A stretch of DNA of 64,000 nucleotides. Origin: an uncultured delta proteobacterium (GTDB taxonomy: Bacteria; Desulfobacterota; Syntrophia; Syntrophales; UBA2192). The notes beneath the pieces were generated by a model. The model saw nothing but the letters and a program-made list of their open reading frames with translations. It was not told the DNA's origin and ran no database searches. The position numbers and the translations under genes are program-made. The stretch spans positions 43,577-107,576 of the forward strand of contig CAVPJD010000012.1 of assembly GCA_963705165.1 (NCBI GenBank), given 5' to 3'. Positions 33,085 to 43,608 of this stretch are shown piece after piece; the stretch's first letter is position 1, and each line of letters starts with the position of its first letter.

Positions 33085-33591
33085 ATGATCCGGACACTGG
33101 TAATAGGCTTCGGCAACCTGGACCGCGCCGACGACGGCGTTGCCTTTCACGTGGTCAATGCCTTCCGGCGGCGGCGGGGACAGGCGGCCCTCGACGAGGG
33201 AAACACCGGCCTCGAGGAACTCGGAGCCCCGGTGGATTCGGTCTTCATCGGTCAGTTGGTTCCGGAAATGATCGATATGCTCGACGATTACGACCGGGTC
33301 GTCTTCGTGGACGCCCATGTCGACCCGGCCCTCGATGATCTTTACTGCGCGGCCGTCTCAACCGACGAGGCCGGCCTGGCCTTCACCCACCACATGAGCC
33401 CCGCAACGCTCCTCGCCTTTTTCAAGGCCCTGAACGGCCGAGATCTCGAGGGCCACCTGGTCTCGATACGTGGCCGCGACTTTGATTTCCACCGTGATCT
33501 CTCCATGGAGACTATCACGCTCGTGGAGCCCGCCGTTGAACGGATCATAAGTTTACTCGGCCCTACCGTGAAAGATGCCGAGCCGACTTGA
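33085..33591 (+). CDS. Hydrogenase maturation protease
   Basis: GFGNLDRADDG, VFVDA, THH. Confidence 0.88.
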   Translation: MIRTLVIGFGNLDRADDGVAFHVVNAFRRRRGQAALDEGNTGLEELGAPVDSVFIGQLVPEMIDMLDDYDRVVFVDAHVDPALDDLYCAAVSTDEAGLAFTHHMSPATLLAFFKALNGRDLEGHLVSIRGRDFDFHRDLSMETITLVEPAVERIISLLGPTVKDAEPT

Positions 33592-33809
33592 GCAGGATCA
33601 CCTCCTCCTTCCCCCCTCGCCATTCCTGACCAGGCAGGAGTCAGCTTTCACCTGCCTACTTGGGAGTACTGAATAAGGGGTTGAAATTTTCGGCCCATTA
33701 CTTCATCATTCCATTACTCCATCCTTCCGAACGAGTGCACGCCTCGGGAAGGACCTTGTCGACCATGCACTCTTACCCTACAGCCTAACGGCACGGGAAT
33801 ACCAAAAAA

Positions 33810-35087
33810 ATGGACCAGACACCCAAAGCCCCCCGGCTCCACATCGCCGTCTTCGGGCGGACCAACGTGGGCAAGTCGAGCCTGCTGAACCTTCTCGTGG
33901 GGCAGGACATCGCGATCACGTCGCCCGTGGCGGGAACGACGACGGACGTCGTCGAAAAGGCTTTGGAGCTTCGGCCGCTGGGACCCGTCCTCATCATGGA
34001 CACGGCAGGGCTCGACGCCACGTCGGCCCTCGCCGAGTTGAGAATCGAGAAAACGAAGAAGGTCTTCGACCGGGCCGACGTGGCGCTGCTCGTGACGGAA
34101 CCGGGCACCTGGACGGACTTCGAGGAGAGCGTCGTCGACGAGTCGAAGATGCGCAGGCTTGCCCTTCTTGTCGCCGTCAACAAGATCGACCGCGAGAAGC
34201 CGTCCTCTTCCTTTCTGGAGAAGCTCCGTGACAAGGCGGGTCACGTCATCGCCCTGACCTGCAAGGACCCTCTCAGGCGCGAAGAATACAGGGAAACCCT
34301 CCAGGGCCTGCTGATGAAGCTGGCCCCGGAGAAATTCTTCAGGGCGCCCTCGCTGATCGCAGACCTGCTGCCGCCGGGGGGACTCGTGGTGCTCGTCGTG
34401 CCGCTCAATCTGCAGGCCCCGCAGGGGCGCCTCATCTTCCCGCAGGTACAGACGATCCGCGATGCCCTCGACAGCGACGCAATCTGCCTCGTCGTGAAGG
34501 AGCCGGAGCTGCTCTGCGCGCTCGACGCCCTCAAGCGCCCGCCGGATCTCGTCGTCACCGACTCCCAGGCCCTCCAGAAGGTCTGTGCCGAAGTGCCGAA
34601 TGAGATTGCGCTGACGACGTTCTCCATTCTCATGGCAAGGCAGAAGGGGGATCTGGCGCTTCAGGCCGAAGGGGCCGCCGTCATCGAGACGCTCCGGCCC
34701 GGCGACCGGGTCCTCATCGCCGAGGCCTGCTCGCACCACGCCCCGGAGGACGACATCGGCCGGGTGAAGATTCCCCGGTGGCTGAGTCAGTACGCGGGGG
34801 GGGAGATCGAGATCGAGACCTTTGCGGGACGGGACTACCCCGAGAATCTGGCGGACTTCAAGCTCGTCATCCACTGCGGCGGCTGCATGCTCAACCGCAA
34901 GGAGATGCTCTCGCGGCTGAAAAAAGCACAGCAAGCCGGTGTTCCCGTCACGGGCTACGGGGTGGCCGTCGCATTCCTGCAGGGGGTGATCCTGCGGACC
35001 CTGGCGCCCTTCCCTTCGGCCCTGCTGGCCTTCGAGCGCCGGGCGGCAGGATTCGCTAATTCAGGTCAGACTTCACAGGAATCTTAG
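33810..35087 (+). CDS. hydF: [FeFe]-hydrogenase H-cluster maturation GTPase HydF
   Basis: GRTNVGKS, GTTTD, DTAG, NKID, TDSQ, EACSHH...HCGGC. Confidence 0.93.
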   Translation: MDQTPKAPRLHIAVFGRTNVGKSSLLNLLVGQDIAITSPVAGTTTDVVEKALELRPLGPVLIMDTAGLDATSALAELRIEKTKKVFDRADVALLVTEPGTWTDFEESVVDESKMRRLALLVAVNKIDREKPSSSFLEKLRDKAGHVIALTCKDPLRREEYRETLQGLLMKLAPEKFFRAPSLIADLLPPGGLVVLVVPLNLQAPQGRLIFPQVQTIRDALDSDAICLVVKEPELLCALDALKRPPDLVVTDSQALQKVCAEVPNEIALTTFSILMARQKGDLALQAEGAAVIETLRPGDRVLIAEACSHHAPEDDIGRVKIPRWLSQYAGGEIEIETFAGRDYPENLADFKLVIHCGGCMLNRKEMLSRLKKAQQAGVPVTGYGVAVAFLQGVILRTLAPFPSALLAFERRAAGFANSGQTSQES

Positions 35088-35925
35088 ATTCGCAGGGAAC
35101 CCCCGTCTGGCAGAGGCCGCAGGCGTAGCCATCAAAGCCGAAGTGCTCCACGATATAGGCCTTGCAGGTCTCGTGGACGTGCTTCGAGCAGGGGATCTTG
35201 TCGTGCCCTTTCTCGGAGAGGGCCTCGACGGGACATCGCTCCACGCACTTCTTGCAGCTCCCCTGGCTGAACCACAGGCAGTAGTCCTGGTGTCCCCTGT
35301 AAGGCCTGGGCGTTGCGGGAATCTCCATCTCGGCTACAACCGATCCGACCCTCATGGCCTTCCCCCGGCGGGTGATGAGGCCGTCTGAGAGCCCGAAGGT
35401 CCCCAGCCCCGAGACGAAGGCGGCATGCCGCTCGGACCACTTCGAGGCAAAGACGAACTTGTCCGAAGCCATCCGCGACCACTGGGGCAGCAGAGTGGGC
35501 GCCGCAGCCCGGATGCCCTTCTTCTTCAATTCCTCCAGGATGTACCGGCGGAGCTTCTCGTTCACCACCTCCCCGTAGAACCGCGCCCTGGCCCAACTCT
35601 CGGGCGGGTAGGTCTTTTCTTTGCGGGTTTCCATCTTCGTGGCTTTCGTCTGGGGAAGAACCCAGCTCACGATCGTGAGCCTTTCCGGGGCGATGTTGCC
35701 GTTCGGGAAAGCCATCATGAACGCCTCGGCCGGCGTCCAGTGGAAGGGGCCCACGTGCTCCTTGAAGGATTCCCAGTACGCGTCGTCCCCCCTCGAAAAT
35801 CCCACGAGCGGGTCGTCCCACGCCTTGTCATTCGCCGCATTCCCGAGGGTGTTCTCCGGCGAGGTGTTCACCCAGTTACGGATGATCGACTCGATCCACT
35901 TCCCCCGATCTTCTGATTTTTTCAT
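35056..35925 (-). CDS. Epoxyqueuosine reductase (QueG)-like 4Fe-4S protein
   Basis: SERHAAFVSGLGTFG, C..C..C...CP, CGLCQ. Confidence 0.75.
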   Translation of the reverse strand: MKKSEDRGKWIESIIRNWVNTSPENTLGNAANDKAWDDPLVGFSRGDDAYWESFKEHVGPFHWTPAEAFMMAFPNGNIAPERLTIVSWVLPQTKATKMETRKEKTYPPESWARARFYGEVVNEKLRRYILEELKKKGIRAAAPTLLPQWSRMASDKFVFASKWSERHAAFVSGLGTFGLSDGLITRRGKAMRVGSVVAEMEIPATPRPYRGHQDYCLWFSQGSCKKCVERCPVEALSEKGHDKIPCSKHVHETCKAYIVEHFGFDGYACGLCQTGVPCESKIPVKSDLN

Positions 35926-36216
35926 GGTTGATCCCTTCTCCTCTCAAATCAGGGTCCCGGGTTCAGGGTACAGGGAATGTGAAAGAATGTTTCCTGATTT
36001 CCCTGGCCCCTTTACTCTATACCCTATACCCTTTTTTAGGGCAGAGGCGTTTCCGTATTCCCAATCTCAGCGGTATTCTACCGAGACACGGGCTGCAGGT
36101 CCATTTTTTTGAGATGGGTCAGGCAAAAAGTGGGGGCGTCCTTTTCTGCAAGTTTCTTGACTTGTCGCGGCCATGCGTTATCTTACTCCGAGAATAACAT
36201 TTCAACTCAACGTGCA

Positions 36217-36363
36217 AACGGGAAGGTCTTCCGAAAGAAATCCCCCGTCAAGTGGCACTGCCGCAACTGCGGATACGTCCACGAAGGCGCCGAGGCCCCC
36301 TCGGAGTACCCCGCCTGCAGCCATCCGAAGGCTTACTATGAAGTCATGGCGGAAAACTACTGA
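36217..36363 (+). pseudogene. Remnant of rubrerythrin C-terminal rubredoxin-like domain
   Basis: GKVFRK..PVKWHCRNCGYVHEG.EAP.EYPAC.HPKAYYE...ENY; no ferritin-like domain, no convincing start. Confidence 0.75.
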
Positions 36364-36490
36364 CGGCCAAGGTTTGTTAGTTCAAAGCGCTTCGCGCGGT
36401 GTTAAGTTTTACATGGTTACGTGTTAAGCGAAGAAAGAGGAAGATTGCTTCGCTCTGCTCCTAATGAACAGCGTCAATTCACAGAGGGGA

Positions 36491-36570
36491 AAATCCCCCT
36501 CTACCCCCCTTTACCAAAGGGGGAAGATTCAGGCTCCCTCCTTTGAAAAAGGAGGGTAGGGGAGGATTTT
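36491..36570. repeat. REP-like doublet, CCCCCTTT-NN-AAAGGGGG family
   Basis: Related to 14295-14372. Confidence 0.8.
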
Positions 36571-36576
36571 ACGAGT

Positions 36577-36632
36577 GCTGTTTGTTCCATCGATAACCCC
36601 GTCCCCAGACGGGGTCCGTGGCTCGCAATGAC
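36577..36632. repeat. 56-bp repeat; inverted copy at 49643-49698
   Basis: GCTGTTT.TTCCATCGATAACCCCG-loop-CGGGGTCCGTGGCTCGCAATGAC. Confidence 0.85.
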
Positions 36633-36787
36633 AATTTTTTTCTTTCCTAAAACTTAAAACGCCGCGTCAGCGGTCACTTAAAACGTAAAACCTCGCGCAG
36701 CGACCGACCCTTTACCTTCGGCGCCTGCTGTGTTAAACAAAAACAGGCGTAAGGCAAAGGGCTAATGGCTAAAGGGGAAACGGGGTC

Positions 36788-38107
36788 ATGATTCCGAAGC
36801 TCAGTAAGTTCGTCCAGGAAGACATCTGGAGAATTCGTGCCAAGGGACTGCCGCCGCTCAAGGCCTTCGGGATCCGGCACTTCCGCATCCTTCTTGCCGC
36901 CACCAGCGCATTCCAGGAGCACCGCTGCCTGTTGCGGGCCTCGGCGCTCACGTTCTTCACGCTGCTCTCCATCGTGCCGATCGTTGCCATGGCCTTCGGG
37001 ATCGCCAAGGGCTTCGCGTTCGAGAAAGTCCTGGAGGAGAAGATCCTCGAGCGCTTCCCCGGGCAGGAGGAGGTGCTCCTGGAGGTCTTCAAGTTTGCCA
37101 ACTCGATGCTTGCGAACACGCAGGGCGGCCTCATCGCCGGCGTGGGGGTCATTCTGCTCTTCTGGTCGATCATTAAGGTGCTGGGCAACATCGAGAGCTC
37201 CTTCAATGACATCTGGTCGGTGAAAAAAGACCGCACTCTCGCCCGCAAGATCACGGACTATCTCTCCGTCATGCTCGTGGCGCCGGTGCTGCTGGTCCTT
37301 TCGAGCAGCGTCACCGTCTTCGTCGCCACCCAACTCGCCGCGATCACGAACCGATTCGACGTGCTGGGGATCCTCGGCCCTGTAGTGCTCCTCTTCCTGA
37401 AGATCACCCCCTTCGTGATCATGTGGGTGCTCTTCGCGTTTCTCTACCTCTTCATGCCGAACCGGCATGTGAACCGCAAATCGGGATTTGTCGCCGGGAT
37501 CATCGCCGGTTCCGTGTACGTCATCGTCCAGTTGATCTACGTGAAGTTCCAGGTGGGCGTTGCCAGTTACAACGCCATCTACGGCAGCTTTGCAGCCCTG
37601 CCCCTCTTTCTCACCTGGCTGCAGCTGAGCTGGCTCATCGTGCTCGCCGGCGCCGAGATCTCCTGCATCCACCAGAATGCCGATGCGCTCGAGTACGGAC
37701 CCGATGCGAGGCAGGCAAGCCATTACTTCCGGCGGCTGCTGGCCCTGCGGATCGTCAACCACATGAGCCGGAATTTCGCCAAGGGCGAGGTTCCCCTGAC
37801 GGCGGCGAGGATTTCGGAAAGTCTCGAGATCCCGCGGGGGCTCACCGCAGAGATTCTCGAGAATCTGACGGCAAGCGGAGTTCTCATCGAGGCGGCCAAT
37901 CACGGCCGCGACGAGGCCGCCTACGTGCCCGCCCGCGACACGGATCTGCTGACGGTGAAATTCGTCGTGGACGCCTTGGACCGCCGTGGCGTGGACCAGA
38001 TCCCCGTGGCTCAAACGGAGGAACTGGAAAAGATTTCTCAGAGCCTGCAGGCCTTGGGCGAGGCCAACGAAAAATCCCCGCAAAACCTCCGACTGAAAGA
38101 CATCTGA
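36788..38107 (+). CDS. YihY/virulence factor BrkB family membrane protein with C-terminal HTH-like region
   Basis: ASALTFFTLLSIVP, IESSFNDIW, YNAIYGSFAALP. Confidence 0.9.
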   Translation: MIPKLSKFVQEDIWRIRAKGLPPLKAFGIRHFRILLAATSAFQEHRCLLRASALTFFTLLSIVPIVAMAFGIAKGFAFEKVLEEKILERFPGQEEVLLEVFKFANSMLANTQGGLIAGVGVILLFWSIIKVLGNIESSFNDIWSVKKDRTLARKITDYLSVMLVAPVLLVLSSSVTVFVATQLAAITNRFDVLGILGPVVLLFLKITPFVIMWVLFAFLYLFMPNRHVNRKSGFVAGIIAGSVYVIVQLIYVKFQVGVASYNAIYGSFAALPLFLTWLQLSWLIVLAGAEISCIHQNADALEYGPDARQASHYFRRLLALRIVNHMSRNFAKGEVPLTAARISESLEIPRGLTAEILENLTASGVLIEAANHGRDEAAYVPARDTDLLTVKFVVDALDRRGVDQIPVAQTEELEKISQSLQALGEANEKSPQNLRLKDI

Positions 38108-38160
38108 GATCAGGGACGTTGTTGACAAAGTTGACTAACTTCAAAAAAGAGGCATGCCAG

Positions 38161-38868
<708 letters not shown>

Positions 38869-38900
38869 ACGACTCCGCGGCACACTACGGAGTATCAACT

Positions 38901-38964
38901 GTCATTCCGGACTTGATCCGGAATCCAGTTCCTAAAGATGGATTCCCGCCTTTGCGGGAATGAC
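38901..38964. repeat. REP-like doublet GTCATTCCGG...GGAATGAC family
   Basis: Second copy at 52919-52980. Confidence 0.85.
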
Positions 38965-39009
38965 ACCGGCGAAGCCAGACTTGAGTATTTGGGCCTGTAC
39001 CCTTAACCC

Positions 39010-41517
39010 TTGACCCTGGGTTTATCCTTGCGCACCGTTACCCGATCCTTCCTTCGCTATCTCTACCGGCGGCGCAGCCTCAGCCTGCTCCAGCTCCTCG
39101 GGATTGCCTGCGGGGTGGCCGCCGCCATCGGAATGGCCCTCTCGGCCCAGTCGGCCCTCTCCAGCTTTTCCCAGGCGGTGGAATTTCTCCGGGGGAAATC
39201 CTCCCACACCCTGGAGCGGCTCGCAGGGCCCATGGACGAAGCGATCCTGCGGGATCTCGTCAGCGACCCCGCCGTCGTATCCCTCGCCCCCGTCGTGGAG
39301 CGGCGGCTGAAACTCGCCAACGGCGATCTCGTCCGGCTCCTGGGCATCGACCCCTTCCTCGATCGGGCCATCCGGCCCGAGATCTCCCGGGCCCCCTTCG
39401 AGCAACGCGCAGGCGGCGAGCAAGAGGACTCCCTTGCCTTCCTCACCGATGAGCGGGCCGTCCTGCTCGAAGAAAACCTTGCCCGTGAACTCGGGCTTGC
39501 GAAAGGCAGCGTTCTCAACACCCTCCGGGGCCGCCTCAATGTGATCGGGATCTTCCCCAACCCCTCCGGCGAGCCCCTCATCCTCATGGACATCGCCCAT
39601 GCCCAGAAGCTGCTTGGGCTGCCCGGCAAGATCGATCACGTCGATCTCATCCTCACCGACGAGAGCGGTTTTGTCTCCCGATGGCAGGAGGGATACCGGA
39701 TCCAGTCCAAACGCCAGCGGCAGGAGACGTTCGGCGCCATGGTGGGGGCCTTCCGGCTCAACCTGGAGGCCCTCTCGCTCATGGCCCTCTTCGTGAGTGT
39801 GTTTCTGATCTACAACACGGCCATGTTCGCCGTCGTGAGCCGCCGGCGCGACGCCGGTATCCTCCGGAGCCTGGGCGCAAGCCGGGGCGAAGTCGCAAGG
39901 GCCTTTCTGGCCGAGATCGCCCTTTTCGGCATCCTCGGCGGGCTCCTGGGAAGCGCCTTCGGCTATCTCCTGAGCCGGGTGCTGACGGACATCATCGGCG
40001 GCACGATCAGCAGCCTCTACTTCTTCCTGCGGCCCACGCCCATGCCCTGGTCCTGGTGGATCCCGGCCGCCGGCGTCATCGTGGGACTCGGGGCAAGCCT
40101 CCTGGGGAGCCTCCTGCCCCTGCTGGAGCTCTCCCGTGTCGACCCCGTGCTCACCCTGAGGGGGCGATCGGGAAACCGAGAGAGCCGCCGCCTGGCCTGG
40201 CGCGTTGCGATGGCGGGCGTATTCATCCTGGTTGCCAGCATCATCGTTCTCGCGTTCTTTTCAAAGCAGATCTACGTGGCCTATATCGGCGTCTTCGGAT
40301 TCCTCTTCGGGCTGAGCCTGCTGACGGGCGTCATCATGGTGCTCGCCCATCCGCTGCTGCGTCGCCTGCTCGGCGGCATGGGAAAGCTTCCCGGGCGGAT
40401 CGCCGCTGGCAACATTATCCAGAACCTGGGCCGAACCGGCGTTGCCGTAGCCGCCTTCATGGTGGCGCTTTCCCTGTCCATCGGACTGGGCTCCATGATC
40501 GGCAGCTTTCGCGAATCGCTCATCTGGTGGATGGGCACGCAGCTGCGCGGCGACATGTACATCTCCAACGCCTCGGACATGGAGGTGCCCGAGGGCTTCT
40601 ATGAGGAGATCAAGCGCATCCCGGGGATCGGCGGCGTCGACACCTACCGCAAGGTGCCCGTCCTGTACCGCGGCCGCACGGTGCATGTGGCAGGCATCAA
40701 GGCCGATGTCCTCCAGCGCTTCGCCCGTTTCGGCTGGGTCGCAGGCGGCGACGAGCACTGGGAGGCCGTAAAGAAGGGCGATGTCATCGTCTCGGAGAGC
40801 TTTGCCCGAAGCGCCGGGGCGGGCCCGGACAGCGAGATCACCCTCGAGGGGGTAGCGGGCCCCGTCCATCTGCGCATCGAGGGTGTATTCTACGACTACT
40901 CCACGGAGCACGGCCTCATCATGATGGACCGCGAGACCTACATCGGCCTTTACGGCGACCGGACGATCAACAGCGTTGCCGTTTTCATCGACCCTGCCGA
41001 GCCCCGCAGGAAGCAGATCCTCGACGATGTCCGCAGCAGAGCGCTATCGCGGGGGCTCCCGGCCTTCACGCGCGAGCAGTTCCACAGCAACATCCTCGAG
41101 GTCTTCGACAGCACCTTTGCCGTGACGCGCTCCATGAGGATCATTGCCATCGTCATCGCATTCTTCGGGATCACGGGGGCGCTGATGACGCTCTTCATCG
41201 AGCGGCAGCGCGATTTCGGCATCCTGAGGGCACTCGGGTTCTCCACGGGACAGGTGGCCGGCATGACGCTGCTGGAGGCCATCGGGATGGGGCTCGTGAG
41301 CTTCGTGCTCAGCGCCGGCGTGGGAACGCTGCTTGCCATCCTGCTCATCCGCGTCATCAACCTGCGAAGCTTCAACTGGACGATCTTCTACTACCCCGAC
41401 TGGCAGCCCTACGCCATCACGGCAGCAACGGCGCTTGCCGCCAGCGTCGGCGCGGCACTCTACCCGATCTGGAAAGTAATGCGGACCTACCCGCAGATGC
41501 AGATCAGGGAAGAATGA
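39010..41517 (+). CDS. ABC transporter permease (FtsX-like, two modules)
   Basis: Two GILRSLG/GILRALG FtsX segments with periplasmic domains. Confidence 0.9.
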   Translation: MTLGLSLRTVTRSFLRYLYRRRSLSLLQLLGIACGVAAAIGMALSAQSALSSFSQAVEFLRGKSSHTLERLAGPMDEAILRDLVSDPAVVSLAPVVERRLKLANGDLVRLLGIDPFLDRAIRPEISRAPFEQRAGGEQEDSLAFLTDERAVLLEENLARELGLAKGSVLNTLRGRLNVIGIFPNPSGEPLILMDIAHAQKLLGLPGKIDHVDLILTDESGFVSRWQEGYRIQSKRQRQETFGAMVGAFRLNLEALSLMALFVSVFLIYNTAMFAVVSRRRDAGILRSLGASRGEVARAFLAEIALFGILGGLLGSAFGYLLSRVLTDIIGGTISSLYFFLRPTPMPWSWWIPAAGVIVGLGASLLGSLLPLLELSRVDPVLTLRGRSGNRESRRLAWRVAMAGVFILVASIIVLAFFSKQIYVAYIGVFGFLFGLSLLTGVIMVLAHPLLRRLLGGMGKLPGRIAAGNIIQNLGRTGVAVAAFMVALSLSIGLGSMIGSFRESLIWWMGTQLRGDMYISNASDMEVPEGFYEEIKRIPGIGGVDTYRKVPVLYRGRTVHVAGIKADVLQRFARFGWVAGGDEHWEAVKKGDVIVSESFARSAGAGPDSEITLEGVAGPVHLRIEGVFYDYSTEHGLIMMDRETYIGLYGDRTINSVAVFIDPAEPRRKQILDDVRSRALSRGLPAFTREQFHSNILEVFDSTFAVTRSMRIIAIVIAFFGITGALMTLFIERQRDFGILRALGFSTGQVAGMTLLEAIGMGLVSFVLSAGVGTLLAILLIRVINLRSFNWTIFYYPDWQPYAITAATALAASVGAALYPIWKVMRTYPQMQIREE

Positions 41518-41590
41518 ATCAGGGAACAGGGTTCAGGGTCAAGGGTACAGGGTAAAGATAGAGAACAACGAGGAAAAGATTGCAGGCGTT

Positions 41591-42697
41591 ATGAACGTAA
41601 TACGACTTTCCCTTATCTCGCTGATACTCTTATTTTTGGCCGTGCCGTACATTGCCGCCGACGAGTGGCGACAGGCGACAGGGCCGCGCACCTGGACCTT
41701 TCCCCGGGACCACGGAGCGCACCCGGAGTTCCGCACCGAGTGGTGGTACTTTACGGGGAATCTGCGCGACGGGGAGGGAAACCGCTATGGCTACCAGCTC
41801 ACGTTCTTCCGCCAGGGGGTGAGGATCAAGCCCTCGGACCCGGGCAACCCCTGGTCGCTGCGCGATCTCTACCCGGCTCACTTTGCAGTCACTGACGTCC
41901 GCAACGACAGGTTCCACTTCGCCGAGCAAATCACCCGCTCCGGCCCGGGGCTTTCCGGGGCCGCAACGGACGGGATGAATGTCTGGAACCTTGGCTGGTC
42001 GGCGAAGATTAAGGGGGATCGCATCTTGATCCGGGCTCATCACGGCGAGATGGAGCTTACCCTCGAACTCAAGCCGAAAAAACCCCTGATCCTCCAGGGC
42101 GAGAAGGGGCTCAGCCGCAAAGGACCCGGCAAAGGACAAGCCTCCTACTACTACTCCTTCACGGACCTGGCTACGACGGGGACAATCAGGACCCCCGACT
42201 CGCAGATGCCCGTAGCGGTGGAAGGAGTGAGTTGGTTCGACCAGGAGTTCGGCTCCAATGTCCTTTCCAAGGACCAGGTCGGGTGGGACTGGTTCTCGAT
42301 CCATCTCTCCGACGGCCGGGACCTGATGCTCTTTTTCCTCCGCAAGAAAGACGGAACGGTGGAAAAGGAATCCTCGGGTACCCTCGTGGAGCCCGATGGA
42401 AGGGCCCGTCACCTGAAACGGGGCGAGATCAACGTGGAGGTCCTCGGAACCTGGAAGAGCCCCAAAAGCAGCGGCACATACCCCAACCGCTGGCGGTTCC
42501 GCATCCCCGCAGCAGGCCTCGATCTCCAGCTTGCGCCGCTCGTGGCGGCCCAGGAGCTCAACACCTCTGGCTCCACGGGCGTCACCTACTGGGAAGGCGC
42601 CGTGGAGGGCATGGGCTCATCGTCGGGAAAACAGGTCACCTGCGAAGGCTACGTGGAAATGACGGGCTACGCGGGGAGTTTGGGAGGCGTTTTTTGA
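41591..42697 (+). CDS. Secreted lipocalin-like / AttH (CrtC-like) protein
   Basis: Signal peptide; FPRDHGAHP, EWWYFTG, GWDWF, YWEG, GYVEMTGY. Confidence 0.88.
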   Translation: MNVIRLSLISLILLFLAVPYIAADEWRQATGPRTWTFPRDHGAHPEFRTEWWYFTGNLRDGEGNRYGYQLTFFRQGVRIKPSDPGNPWSLRDLYPAHFAVTDVRNDRFHFAEQITRSGPGLSGAATDGMNVWNLGWSAKIKGDRILIRAHHGEMELTLELKPKKPLILQGEKGLSRKGPGKGQASYYYSFTDLATTGTIRTPDSQMPVAVEGVSWFDQEFGSNVLSKDQVGWDWFSIHLSDGRDLMLFFLRKKDGTVEKESSGTLVEPDGRARHLKRGEINVEVLGTWKSPKSSGTYPNRWRFRIPAAGLDLQLAPLVAAQELNTSGSTGVTYWEGAVEGMGSSSGKQVTCEGYVEMTGYAGSLGGVF

Positions 42698-42795
42698 GGA
42701 GTATTGGAGTACTGGAATATTGGAATAATGGGTACCAGAGAATCTCCGATCCTCCCGAAACCCAATGCTCCATTACTCCATCATTCCATTGCTCC
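42698..42795. repeat. Inverted pair of octamer arrays (GGAGTATT / CCATTACT) between convergent genes
   Basis: 8-bp periodicity; related array at ~33695-33728. Confidence 0.75.
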
Positions 42796-43461
42796 TCATC
42801 TCAAATCCGCAGGCGGGCGGGCGAGGCGGTAGAAGCGGATTTGCTCGGCGGGCAGAAGTTTGTCGCCGATCATCACATCACCGATGAACTCGAGCCCTCC
42901 GCTCCCCTCCCAGGGAGGGTAAGGCCCCTTGGCCTGCATGGACTTCGGGTAGTAGAAGTTCACGACCAGCGAGAGGCTGTGCTCCTGCTCCCAGGGGGTC
43001 TGGATGAGGGGGTTTCGCTCCCCGGCCATGGCCTTGCCGGCTGCCGCCACGGCCAGCCGCCAGATCGTACGCTCCTTAGGGCACAGAAAATCCCGGGAGA
43101 AGGGGGATCTCGGCGAGACGGCCGGGTTGAACTGGCCTTTCTTGAAGACGACACCCCGGATGCCGCTGCCGTAAGACTTCTTCATGCTCTCGGAGCGCCC
43201 GGCCAGGCGCACGCGGTTGATGACCCCCCAGGCGATGGCCTCGTGCACGAGGGCGTCGTCGCCGAAGCCGGTGGAAAGCGCCTCGGCATAGACAAGCCGC
43301 GCCAGAAGCTCCTTCTCGGATAGCTTCGCCTTCGCCGCCACGAACTCGAGCGAGTCCGCAGCATCCCTCGTGAGGCACTGCGGCGCATCCACAGAGGCCC
43401 CGCACACGGCCGGGGTGAGGCACAACAGGAGGATCAGAAGAATCCGAACAGCATGGGTCAC
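42796..43461 (-). CDS. Secreted SleB-like cell wall hydrolase (Hydrolase_2)
   Basis: Signal peptide; LARLVYAEA, VINRV, VVFKKGQF. Confidence 0.8.
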   Translation of the reverse strand: MTHAVRILLILLLCLTPAVCGASVDAPQCLTRDAADSLEFVAAKAKLSEKELLARLVYAEALSTGFGDDALVHEAIAWGVINRVRLAGRSESMKKSYGSGIRGVVFKKGQFNPAVSPRSPFSRDFLCPKERTIWRLAVAAAGKAMAGERNPLIQTPWEQEHSLSLVVNFYYPKSMQAKGPYPPWEGSGGLEFIGDVMIGDKLLPAEQIRFYRLARPPADLR

Positions 43462-43608
43462 AGCCTGTACTCCATGAATTCGTGCTCGCAGGGCGGCCCT
43501 GCGGCAATGCCGGACACTCTTAAACGGCTTGCATTCTGCTTCATCAATCGATATTCCGTATCATACCATGACCGGATGGTTTCGGTCTTTCTTTTTCGCG
43601 AGGATTCG

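Noticed and set aside
37423..38160. N-terminal extension of the ABC ATPase in the 481-aa ORF call
   Set aside because: Overlaps yihY in another frame; real start is probably 38161
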